Assembly (NCBI RefSeq): GCF_964355755.1
Contig: NC_092673.1
Span: forward strand, 13,550,948 to 13,614,947
Source: Antedon mediterranea
Taxonomy: Eukaryota; Animalia; Echinodermata
Length of the DNA: 64,000 bases
Direction of reading: 5' to 3'
Shown here: piece by piece, positions 39,290 to 51,598 of the stretch
Position numbering within the stretch: position 1 is the first letter of the stretch
Layout of the letters: each line of letters opens with the position of its first letter
Notes under the pieces: model-generated
What the model saw: the letters and a program-made list of their open reading frames with translations, nothing else
Databases searched by the model: none
What the model was told of the DNA's origin: nothing
Position numbers and translations under genes: made by a program

Positions 39290-39515
39290 ATGTGTGTGTA
39301 CCCACGGCCAGACCGGTACTACTAGTACTGTATCAGGTCTAGTTAGGTAGGCGAGGCTACTTCACTAATATTTCACCTTCTATTTGCACTTCGTTTCTGT
39401 TTTTTCCATTTGTTTACCCTTTTAAATACTTTTATTGTTTTATACATTTTAATGTAAATACACAGTAATTTAGCTTTGGCTGCGACAGTGATATTGAATA
39501 AAAGAATATGTCTAT
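39290..39515 (+). mobile_element. Probable CR1-group LINE 3' UTR
   Basis: GTAATTTAGCTTTGGCTGCGA..AATAAA resembles the 3' terminal motif of the LINE at 52070-52130. Confidence 0.45.
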
Positions 39516-40298
39516 GATGTAAGACCTCCCTTTCTCAGACTAGCATAAGTTGTTATTTTGTTAATGTGAACGTCTCTCACGGTATCAGACATTTTCTTTC
39601 TTCCTTGACCATAATGTGCTTACATCTCTGGATTGAGAAAACCACAATTGTCAACATTTTCGGCATAATATGATTTTAATTTGTCATTGTGATTCATTCT
39701 TACTGTACCATGTTTGATGTAGTCAGATGGACAAGGTATTTTATTTATGGTTTTTTTGTCTTTTCATGGAAACCACAATTATGTTTGGCAAAGTGGGATT
39801 ACCCTCATTGCTCTGTATCAATTTTGTCCTCATTGATTTCCTTAACGTTAATTTTGAATGATTCCTATTTACATACATTTTTGAACAAAACAAAAACAAT
39901 GCTCATTTACATCTGCAGTAACAAATTATTGCATTTGTTTCAGATTGTAAAAAGAGTCTGCTTCATTTATCCTCGGCAGTAATGATACATGCAAATGTAT
40001 AGTTCATTATTTTTTGTAAATGATATGACAATTAATTGATTGGAATGGTTTGCTAGCAGCTCAATCTGGATGGGTCAGAAAGTGTTGAGAACAGGTGCGT
40101 TTAAGGTGTCAAGTAATAAATAAATCCTTGTTAAATTTGTATAACATAACCAACATCAAGTGGACAGATTCCATCAAGTAAATCATGCATGATATCTAGT
40201 AATTAGTTTTTGTGCACCTCAGATCCTTGAACAGATTTGTTTTTATTCCTACTGTACTATTATTATTGCTGCAAAGCTTGTGTATTCATCTAGGACCT

Positions 40299-41445
40299 AT
40301 TCAATTCAATTCAATTCAACTTTATTTCAGACAAACTGTCCATATATTATTGATTACTATAGTTTACAAAAACAACACATTATTATGGCTATACTGATAC
40401 TAGTTAACACACGTAAAAGTATACAGGAGATTATATATACAAAAGTTCTGTCCATTTTCTATGCAACTTTGAATCTTTTAGAATACGAGAAAAAACACAT
40501 GTAATTAAAGTATTACAGCTTTTTTCAATTTTTGTTTTGAAACAAAAAATTGATTTCCGAATGTACTCATAGAAGGAGGGAACATGGTTATCAACAAACA
40601 TAGCACTAGCACTACAGCTCCTTGAGCGTCTTAAAATCTTTCTAAGTGCGTTATTATAACAGACCTGTAATGACTTTATAGTTTTTACATTAAAATCGCA
40701 CCATAAGGCCGCACAATACATACTAATACAGTATGACTTAAACAAAGTAATCTTAACATCTGTTGAGCATTTACTAAATTTTCTACAAAGAGAGTTACCT
40801 CTAATACATAATGATCGATATTGCCTTTTAATATCCAGTTCGTCCCTAGTATCATTGCTGATAACACAACCAAGGTAGGTAGTGGATTGAACGTAATTTA
40901 GTTCTTTACCACATAGAACAGTAACATAATTACCATTCAGTTTTCTTTTCCTAGGGCAAAAACACATGCAAATTGATTTTTTTGAATTATATAATACATC
41001 AAAGTCATTAGCAAAATCCTCACATATGTTAACCATCTTTTGGAGGGCATCTAAAGAGGGCGCAAGTAACACCATGTCATCTGCATAACTTAAGTTGTTG
41101 AACTTTGTATTATTGAGCTCACAACCAAAATTACAATCACTAAGCATACTGTTTAAATTGTCAATGTAAACATTAACAGAGGAGACATAACACCACCTGT
41201 CTAACGCCATTGGTAACTTTAAAACCTGAAGACATAGAGTTACCCCATCTAACAAAAAATCGTTGATTCTCATACCAAGATTTTAGAAGTCTAATAATGT
41301 TTGTTTCTCTCATAATTAATTGCCTGTACAGTGACCAGTGATTGACTCGGCCGAACGCTTTACTCGCGTCGAGAAAACAAGTAAATACGGGGCTCCCATT
41401 CCTATTATAGTAATCCACTATCTGCTTAAAAACCACCTCAAGTAT
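40299..41445 (-). mobile_element. 5'-truncated LINE (Proto2/RTE-X-like RT)
   Basis: LDASKAFGRVNHW, VRWGN, NGVRQ, LSYADDMVLLAPS, YLGCVI. Frameshift near 41175. AATAAA plus a (TTGAA)n tail. Clade assignment tentative. Confidence 0.8.
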
Positions 41446-42099
41446 GAGTTTAATAACATTAATTTGTGTGTGGATCATTTTTTTTTTTTTGCAAAATGAC
41501 CATGGAAATCTTCCATTATGCCATCTTCACTAGGATAGTATGTCTCTTATGTGTCCCATTGTTTAGTATTGCCTATTTATAAATTCTCATTTATATATCC
41601 ACCAATTCTTAGCTTAACTGGCCTAACATGTAAATAGCAATTTCTGTTAAAAATGTTTATCTTTATTGAGAAGAGAATCACAATTTGTTTCAAGAAGAAT
41701 AAAAGTTTCTAAACAAAAATTTCTATTTATAGTTTCTGAGTATTTTTCCATTCCATTATCCTTTATTTTAACTTTTATTGTTTAGCATTTCTTCAAATTA
41801 AATTCTTATTAAATTCTTATTAAGTTCTTATCATTAATTACCAATGTATCCTTTGGAATTTTATACTATGTCTTTCAATACTATTAGCCAAAAGTTATTA
41901 ACATTTTAACCGACCTCAAAAACCCCATCTGACCACATTACATAGTGTTGCACTTTTTCTAGGCCTATACCTTTTCTTCCCTAGAATCCTGGTCGGTCTA
42001 GGGCATTTATTTACATAATACATGGCCACTGACTCAAGTATATAAACATTAAATAAATAAAATAAAATATTGGCATAAAAATAATATTCCAAAAATTAA

Positions 42100-44550
42100 T
42101 GGTTTACAGTAAAATATTTAAACACATTTGAACAGTTTCCTATTCATCACTATGGACCATGTTTACTTGGTTCAACAGAGACATTCATTCGTGTAGCTGC
42201 ATATTTAACCTGCAATTTTTTTTTGCTATTGCGAAAATTCAAAGGAAACCTTTGGTCGCAGTTTCTGACAGTTTCAAGAATGGTGGAATTTTATACATTT
42301 TCAAACCACAACTTATGTCAAAATGAAGTTTTGTTGCTGTCATATCCGTGCTTATGGATTTCCATATGATCTGTAGTAATTATTGAAGTCAGCTCAAACC
42401 TGATGTCTTCGACCTGTTCGTCTGTAAAGATACTTGAACTAAAAATACATGTTTACATTGCTATTTGGTTTATAGTGGGATATCGTATCACAATATGGTA
42501 CATATACCAATGGCTGTAATCTTTCATGTCTGTGGAAGTATCAAGCATTCAACAAAAGACAATGAAAACAAAGTATGCATTTTGAATGATAGGGACGATT
42601 TTTCTCCTGTACCAAAGATTGTACCAGAACTATTTGATGCAAAAGAGAACAAAATAACATTATTTTTCTCTTCTCTAACATTGGAAACTGTTTTAAATTG
42701 TGCGACTGTTAATAATAATATAATACAAAAGAGCATCATTTACAATTACTGTACCATCGAAACAGCTACATACGACAATGCACCAATGGTGTTGGTGCTT
42801 TATGAACAGTAAACTGCACAATTAATCACCAACAGAAAGTGCTGCAACACAGCAGTACACATGCGGCAAGTTCTGGTGTGAACAAATAAAATACATCAAT
42901 TCATGAAACTGTCTGATAAAGAGTAGATCAAAGATAGAGACAGACAACTATGGTACAGTACTGTATTCAATCAAAACAGGAGATGAGTAGTACCAAATAT
43001 GAAATGCAAGAGTGTTATTTGGAGTACGCTTCCAAACATTGATGAATAGGATTAACTACTTCACATTGTGTCTATTTCACTGTATAGTATATATTCATTA
43101 TCGATGTCATCGTTAAGAGGAGATGTGCCTTAAATCACTCTTTTTGCCTCACTACATTCCGTTACACTGCATGGTGAAAGTATAATTGATTGGACATAGC
43201 TAAATTCTCCGAAGTGGGACATTGTGTTGTTGCTAGTGATCTGAACACCTGTACATGCAATGATTTTGACTTTGTTAATGATGATGATGATTTTTTCAAA
43301 TTTTAAATACAGTGTTGATAACCATCTGACGACTATGGTCTTTAAATAGTAGTTGCAGAAATAGTGGTATTAGAAAAATTTAAAAAAAAAATACTTTTCA
43401 ATAAAAAAAAATCTTTCTTATCTCCATTTTATACACCGTTTAAGTAATCTCTAGCTTGATAAACAAATTCTTTCTTATCAATATCCACTGTTTAATCAAT
43501 CTTTCTGCCTTTTCACGGTTTGCTTAACTTTAATGCTTGCATCATCAATTGTCACTTTCCGATATTTGGAATGTCTGTATCTGGAATGTGGTTTCTTGAA
43601 GAATAATAAGCAGTTTGTTGTGTCCCTGACCTTTTGACACATTTTCAAAATGTGTAACCAAGCCAATAATGATTGTTTGACCATCCTAAACCAATTTCTG
43701 AAGTCAAATTCTCTGGACCTCAAAGTGCATACAAAAGTTGATCTAGCTACTAGAGTAATGGAACACAGTTAAGAGTATTACATAGATCATTGACATCAAG
43801 TGCTTTAAAATTGTAAATTATACTTTTACGATTCAAATTATCATTACTACAATAATAAGCAGTTTGTGGTGTAAGATTAAATTGTGTTTATCTGTTGCTT
43901 GCTTAGTTGTTTGTAGCGAAGACAATTTAACCTGCATGACATTAAATTGACAATTGTCTTGTGTAGACTAGCTCCATATTGGGACCAATCACATCAAAGG
44001 TCTTTTCAACATTACAATTAGAATGAGGCAGTATCAACAATAGTTTCATTAATTAGATAGGTGATCTGATTGAATCTGTTTTAAAATAAGAAAATTGCTC
44101 TAGACTTTAAGGTAGCATACTTAGCTGTTACATTTCCAACGTTTTCGCCTGGTATACTCTGCTGAGCACACCTTATACTATGCTGAGCAATATTACACAT
44201 ACCATATTTATTCAAATAATATTGTTCAGGTGGGTTTTTCCTCCTTCCACATTCCTATCCTTCTACATTCCATTTTTTCTATTTACATACATACAGTAAT
44301 CTAGCACTGCAGTTATAGACAAAAGTCCAAGATAAAGTACTTGGCGCACCAATTGACATTCCATTTTTTAAATACACTTAATGCCTCTTCAATATACTCT
44401 GTTTTTTCTTCCTTAATTACAAATGTTTCAACTATTTGGTAAGCAAAATTAGTTGCACCTCATAGAATAGGAAAATAGGAATTGCATACTTGGTAGTCTT
44501 GTACGTAGAATCACGTTGATCTATAGAATATTCAATTATGGATTTGACCA
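42100..44550 (-). pseudogene. Scattered hAT transposase relics
   Basis: LMKLLLILPHSNCNVEKTF (~44050-43995) resembles the hAT dimerisation domain. Other pieces are heavily degraded and out of order. Confidence 0.4.
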
Positions 44551-45184
44551 TGTAAGTCGTTTGCGTGCGTTTAATATATGGCTAATCAGGGTTTCTTTAT
44601 TAATTTCCTAATTAATAATTTTAATTGGCAACATGTGCCGATAAGGAAAACATCTATCTTGTTTAATATTTTTTGTCATGCAGTATTTATGGGATATCTG
44701 TCCAAGGATTTGGTATCATATAGTGGGAAATGATGGGGTGAAATTAGTAGTTTAAGTCCCTGGGCCTGTCCAGTGTCAAGGATTTTAGCTATATATGTTA
44801 TGGTGGGTTGTGGGTTAGAGACATCAGTAGAGTCAGCTGATCATTACCTGAAACTAAAATTTTAACATTTATAACTACCTACAATATTCTCATAACAATA
44901 TAATACAATTTAATTAATCATAATAATGAGTTTAGTTTATAGATGTTTTACACCTATATTCTATTCATATTCTACGTATGAAGTGGTCCACCATCGGTTC
45001 CAGGATGTTAATCTACACAATTAATTTAAATACTGCACTATATGACTTAATTCTTTCATTTGCAAGACCTACTTTAATATTAGCCTAGTTTGACATAACT
45101 ACTACCCTAGCCCATGCCTACATTTATTGATTATTTATTGTATTACTTAAAAATATTCTTTAAAAGTAAATACTACATATGACA

Positions 45185-45480
45185 GACATCCTGTTGCTTT
45201 CTCTTTACATTTAACTGAGACATTTGCATCTAATTGTGATAATAATATTGTTTTTGAGTCATTGAAAAGCTGACTAATGCCATTTTTTCACCGTCCGTAA
45301 ATACCGGTCTTCTTTTAGTTACGCTCATTTTCACACGTAAACTGCGAATCTATACTCATTGCGTTAAGACTAGCAACAGCAATGATCTAACGCTTTATTA
45401 GTAAGACCGTCTATCTGATAAAGCCAGCATTAAAATGGGAGTTGAGACCCTCAATTAAGACTGTTTTATAGCAATCCGCC
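45185..45480 (-). mobile_element. End of a second Harbinger element with the start of a Myb-like gene
   Basis: Terminus GCAATCCGCCC matches the TIR at 6350-6360. The minus strand encodes MSVTKRRPVFTDGEKMALV..ILLSQLDANVSVKCKEKA. Confidence 0.65.
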
Positions 45481-46224
45481 CATGAAACAATATCGAAAAA
45501 ACCATACCATACCATAGACTATTAGGAGCCTTCAATACAATAATCGCGGTTCTTGATAAACTACTCCAACATTGCCGACTTATTGGTTTTGTTGTTGCAG
45601 TTGAAAAGCCTCAAATCGTCTCTCCCTATTGCCATCCTTCTTTCTCCAGTTCCTGGTCCATCTCCATTTTTTTCTGAATTAAGCTGAGTGTTTCATCCCA
45701 CTGTTCCTCTTCTTTAGTATGTTACTTTCACCCTCATGCCTAAAAATAAATGTAAAAAATGATAATTATTATTATTTTCTACATGTATTCTTAAAGTGTC
45801 TTTTAGTTGGTTTACAAAGCTGCCAATAGCAACATGATGCTGTCAATAGCAACATGATGCTGTCTTCCAGATCTTATGACTTTTATTTTGTACTTTTTGT
45901 AAGCGAGTTTTACTTCTACAGCATTTAACCCCCTTTTGTGGTTCACTGTCATACACTGACATGAATGTACCTCCCATTTTTAAAGTAGGATACTGCTAAT
46001 GTTTCATCCACTTTAGATAGGTCATTAAGGGCTTTACATCTGTCAACTGTAGATGAATACTTTAACTTCATGTAATGTGTTAAGATATACTTTGCTTTTG
46101 ATGCTTCTTGGAGGTGTTGACACAGGAACACATGTAAGCAGATGCTACATCCATGACTGTACAGCATGCTTCTACTTCACATTGTAAAGTGATTAAAATT
46201 ATTAGTATTATATGAAATTTAAGT

Positions 46225-46590
46225 TAAATTTGCATGGCCAAAACAAACATGGTCTTGCCATGTACTGTAACTCTTCCAGCTTCTGAACTAAACCATGTGG
46301 ATAGTTTGCTTCGAACGTCAATGGCGTCTCTACTACTATGGTGTCCAGTATGTTCCAGATTAATTAGTTCTGGCTTATAATGTGAATTGGCAACAGGATC
46401 TGTTTGAATGTTGATTACACTGGTATTGCGAATAAAATTATGCAAAATACATGCACACAGCACAATTTTGTAGGTTTCAATTCAATTTTCCTATGGAAAA
46501 TCCAAAATCTGGACACACGTCTTGCTCTGCTGTTGTAGTTGTAAATTCTGTCATTTGTGTGTGTTTTGTTTTGTGATGTCATCTTTAACG
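46225..46590 (-). pseudogene. Harbinger (ALP1-like) transposase C-terminal fragment
   Basis: RIYNYNSRARR, RFWIF, LCACILHNFIRN, DVRSKLSTWFSSEAGRV. Confidence 0.75.
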
Positions 46591-47049
46591 TGACCGAAAA
46601 GAACTCTATACATACCTAAAGTAATGGTAACATTTTTCTGGTTCTGAGAAAAAGTCGTCACGGATTAATGTCTGGAATTGACCATGGGGGTTTCTTTTTT
46701 GTTGATTATGTTAACCAATTCCGATATTTTTCTCTTTTTGTTAACTGTTGACAAATAATTCAACATCATCTTCGTCGCTGTAATCTTCCATTGTCCATGT
46801 TTACATCGTTTAACTTTAATGATTTATAATTAAAATGGCGTGCGAACCGCCGTGCAGTGATGTGAGTGCACTAATTTAAAAACGTAACACGGACTGAATT
46901 TTTCTTTGGCCATCGGCCCGGATCCGGGCTTGATGTGATTGTGAATGTGAACTTTTGTATGTTGTGTTTGTAATTAAAGTCGCCTTTCTCGGCTATAATA
47001 TAAAATATAAATCAAGATAAAATGTAAAAATCCAATCTAAATTTTGCAA

Positions 47050-48900
47050 GCTATAATTTAGTTTTTTATTACTCACTTTTCCACTTGTGTGAATTTTGTG
47101 TTGCCCTTTGTTTTCCTTTAGCTTTTTAAAAAGGACTTTGTCTGAAAGCTGTTGAACACACTTGGATTTGATTCGTGTGGTCGACTACTTCTAGAATTAT
47201 GTGTGTCATTGCCTCCAACTTCCTCTGTTCCTGAATAACGCGTGTATTGGAATACATATGTGACGACTGTTTATAGAATTGCTGCCATTTGTGGCACTTC
47301 CTACATAATACAATTACTGTACATCAAGTAAAGCCTGTTTTGCCAAAGGTTGTGGAGGTGTGAAATCATAGTTGACTATTGCATATGCAAGGAATTTGTT
47401 TACGAAGTAAAACAGAAAATATGGAGTTACAGAAACTGTGGCCACATGCAGTAAACTAAATAATGTTGTTACAAATAAGACACAAATACAAACCATTAGC
47501 CTGCTGTAAATTAAAATGCCTGTGTTCATGTGTTGTACAATGGTGCAATGGTACAAATAGTGATTGGTCGCTTGCGTATAGTTTATTGATTGTTCTCTGA
47601 ACAAACAACGTGCACCACGTCCATCTTCGTCCCATCCCCTGCAATTTTAATGCTTTCTCTTTTGTATTTTTGTAGCCTACAAATTTGTTACTTACGCCAA
47701 CCGACAACAGAAGTCAAATGGCCTAGCCCCAAACAATCCTTTCGTTGTCGCATATCACCTGCAAATTCTAAATTCGCGCAAAAACATATAGAGTATTATG
47801 CCAATTTGCTGGTCAAAGGTTAATCGGTTAATTTTTGGCTGTGGAAACACGGCCATTGATTGCAGTACTGTGGAAATATTTGTACTTTTAATACATAGAA
47901 CCTCTATACTGGGGCATTCTATGCATACATGTTTGCCGTCCACATGCAAGAAATTCCATCGTTTAAAAAAATTGGTCTGTCTTTGAACTTCTGCATCTCC
48001 TCCACTTACTGCAGACTTCTTGACATCGATAAACTTAGATCTGTTAGTTCTGCTGCATCAGATTGTTTTTAGTTTCTGGTTTTCAAAAAAAGTAGTACAT
48101 TTCTATAGTTAATTAATAACTTCCTCCATCAGTTATTGCAGTACCAAGTGCATGTTTTAAGATTTCATCTATTTGGTTACTTTGCTGGTTTTTAAATTGA
48201 TTAGGAGGAATAAAGTTGTTTGTTTGTTTGTTGGCGATGGTCACTGACACATTTTTACATTTCACTACTGCCCCATTTTCACTGCCTGTTTTTCACAATT
48301 ACAAAATTGACTCTTACAACTCTCCTTCCTTGAATGCCAGATGGTATGCATCGGTCATTATCTGTCTGGCAGAGGTAAGTATGGAAATGCCTAAATCCTA
48401 GGCCTAGCCTATAGGGAGTATTCCTATAATAGCCTTAAAAGGCTATCTAAGAGGACCTTTTTCCCTCCATTCTGGATGCGGGGTGGATTATGAAACAAAA
48501 TGTTTTGCTTCAGTGTAAAGCCTTCCTAAATACTTCCTAAATACTTCTTGTCTTCTCTGTTGCCAACAAGGGCACCACTAGACCTGGCTTCGCCTCAAGC
48601 AGTTATGTAGACATGATGCCAAATTATACCTAGCTATGTAACCTACAAATATATTGTTACTTACACCACACCGACAACCGTCAAATGGCCTAGCCTAATC
48701 TAATCCATTCATCGTCGTGTATCGCCTACAATTTCTAATATGGCTGCGGAAATGCAGAAATAGGTGAAGGTGTATTTAGAATCACAAAACCCATGATTGC
48801 AGTACTGTGGAAATTTTCGTAGTTGTAATACATTCTATGCATGTTTGCCATCCACAGTTCCTATGCAGAAAATTCCATCGCTAAAAAAACTGGTCGCACT
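47050..48900 (-). pseudogene. Further Harbinger transposase/MADF relics, including two paralogous pieces (47690-47970, 48665-48890)
   Basis: RWNF..VDGKHVCIECP, YYNYENFHS, DSKYTFTY. Confidence 0.6.
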
Positions 48901-49014
48901 GCATTTCCAAGTCTGAAATTAAAATGCTTGTGAACTCATCACCAGATACCTCAGAGTTACAGTTAACGACTCATCAGCACTGATGGTACTTCTGCTGTTA
49001 CACATGCACCAACA

Positions 49015-50303
49015 TTAATTACTTGGAGCTTTCTTTGCATACCGAGCATGTGACTTGTTGTGCATTGCATCCACTAGTTTCGCCCTTGGCACGTCCTCGT
49101 TTTCCTCAAATGAGACCATGATCTGGATCCCCCTTCTTAAAGTATGACTGCAAACAAGATTGCAAATAGACCGCATGTGTTGGGAGCTGGTGGCTGCTGT
49201 TGAACATTGTAAATTTGAAAGTTTACTGAATCTGTCTCGGGTTAAATTATTGAAAAAGTAACTTCTTCTAGTACTGGTAGGTAATGTGGTAATGCCTATG
49301 CAATATTGGATATGGTAATCCAATGACTGGAACAAATGCAACACCAAGGCCAGACATTTTGGGAATTTTTTGGTAGCGAGAGACGACATTCCAGTAAAAT
49401 TCACAAAAATATGTAATTTTTACCTCAAAATATATTTATTTTAGTGTTTTTGGTGAAATTTTAATTAAATTAACTTCTGATATGGTCCAATTCAGTTTAT
49501 AGACATTACAGACTGACTTTGAAGATGTTTGCAATAAGGTTGTAATTGTTTGTGATAAGTTTTTATTTGCTAACAGATGTATTTTTTTTGGACTTTCTAA
49601 CATAACATACTAATTTTTTAATAATGTATAAATATAACAATTATATAACCTTCATATGTAACAATATGAAAATATGAAATATTAAAACGTTACAATCAGT
49701 GGCGGATCAACAAAAAACAAGGGAGACATAGTACATACAAATACAAATACATTGTTAGAATGTTGAAAAACAAAATATATATTTAAAAAATACAACTTAC
49801 AATTTTTGTTGATATTATCATCCAATAAACTGCCAATAGTTTGTTTCACAAATTCTTGGATGCTGTCGTTGTGGTCGGTTATCTTAGGTGATGTTATGTC
49901 ATGATCTACGTCTTGCTCCTGCGGAATCTCCACATCATCATCTGTTCGTGTTTTCTTGTTTGGCGGTGGCAATAAATCGACATCGTCGTCATTATTGTCA
50001 GAATTACTATTAGTCCAAAACTCTGCATCATCATTAAGGAGTACATCCTTGTCATTCGACAGTGACACAATCTTGCATGTATGGAGGTTTCCGTTAAACT
50101 ATTTCAACCTTGGAATCAACGGTCACATTTCCTTTCAGTTTTTTCGTTGGTACTATACACATACTTTGATCAAAATCAAAGTGCACATGGTTTGTGTACC
50201 TAATTATGCATTCATTGTCTTCATTTTGTTTTGTCAATTCTTGTATTACCCAAAATGTTATCGATAACAAAAAAACATAAATATTAATTATTAGGCCTAT
50301 CAT
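49015..50303 (-). pseudogene. Putative BEN-domain gene relic (N-terminal beta-rich domain, acidic linker, BEN-like C-terminus)
   Basis: VHFDFDQSMCIVPTKKL..KVEIV/NGNLHTCKIVSLSNDK resembles N-termini of invertebrate BEN proteins. Splice donor at 49800. C-terminal RAKLVDAMHNKSHARYAKK is BEN-end-like. Confidence 0.4.
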
Positions 50304-50345
50304 GTCACGTTATTGTTTCAGTACGGACAAAGTGCAAATAATAAT

Positions 50346-51598
50346 CAGTGGCGTATCCAGTAGGGGGGCCGGGGGGCCCGGACCCCCCCTGATTTCGTTT
50401 CCGTCGGCACATCATCGCGGCCGTCGGCAAACAAAGGTGCCGGGGAAAAAATAAACTATTTATTCTGACAATAATTGAACTGTAAACATAATTCTTTTGA
50501 GTGTTTGTTTATTTACATATCATATCATCATTGATCCCTTCAGATCAACTATTTTTTATTTTCATTACATCTAACGAAACACGTTAAAAATGTGTAGCAC
50601 GTACGTACGGCCGTACGTGGTAGATTGTTTACTCAAAAGTCTTTGACCTTACCCTAAAACCTTGTTTTTGCATGCAGTTGAGCCTCTCATGACCTGAGAT
50701 TTGTATGTCTTTCCTACGCTAAGAGATTATATAGTTCCACATGCCATGTGCTTTTTTGTCTAAGATATATTTATTATAAGTGCCAAAAACCCGTTTTTTT
50801 TTCTCGACATGAGGCCTTTATTATTAAAAATTTTTAAAGAAAAAGCACATATACCACCATAAAAAATATCGATGTATTTCATTTTTGGAACAGAATATTC
50901 TGTGAGGCTCAACTACAAAACCACCATTTTGTGATATGATGTCATCGTAAGCCAATCAAAGCTGAGCTTTCTCGCGATTGGCATTGCTCACGGTTGAATG
51001 ATTTGATTGGTGGATGCAAATCACCCGCAGCGGAATGTTTTCTCTCGCGCGTGTACCATGAATCTCTCTGATCGTTACTACACAAAGTTAGAGCAATGAA
51101 TTTGTCCGAATTCCGTTAAGTAAACAACTTTATATATTTTATAAGCATTTAATAACATGTTTTATTGATATTTCCAATGGTGATATATAAAATAAATTAC
51201 TAAAAAACGTAATTATATGTAATTATTTAAACCAAAAATGGCGTAGTTAATAGAATTGTCGACTGAGGCCGCAAATTGTTTTACTTCTTTCGTGGCTAAA
51301 AACGATCATTTTCGGCGATGTTTTAGACCCTATATTTCGAAAACTACAAGTCAGATTTTCCTAATTCTTTCTTTATTGTAATATGAATACAACATACTAA
51401 CAGATAATGTTGGTTTGGTTTTAATTTTGTATCGTTATCCCATATAAGACAAAGACAATATGACTATGTAATCCTAGAACATATATTGATCAGAGACGTC
51501 GTGTATGTACAGATAATGACACCAATTTTGTCGGCAAATTGGCAATTCCCGGCCCCCCCCCCCCCCCCCCCAACTTCAAAATCCTGGATACGCCACTG
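50346..51598. mobile_element. Non-autonomous hAT element
   Basis: Perfect 15-bp TIR CAGTGGCGTATCCAG / CTGGATACGCCACTG with an 8-bp TSD ATAATAAT. Confidence 0.92.

Noticed and set aside
39640-40230. Coding-like minus-strand sequence upstream of the ZU5 exon
   Set aside because: Too many stops and no recognisable motif; could not be assigned.
46070-46170. LLLMLLGGV peptide reminiscent of MCM helicases
   Set aside because: Too short, with no Walker motifs or exon support.
49697-49708. CAGTGGCGGATC solo hAT-like end
   Set aside because: No partner TIR or TSD.
50710-51480. Nested element with imperfect TIRs inside the hAT MITE
   Set aside because: The inverted similarity is short and no TSD was identified.
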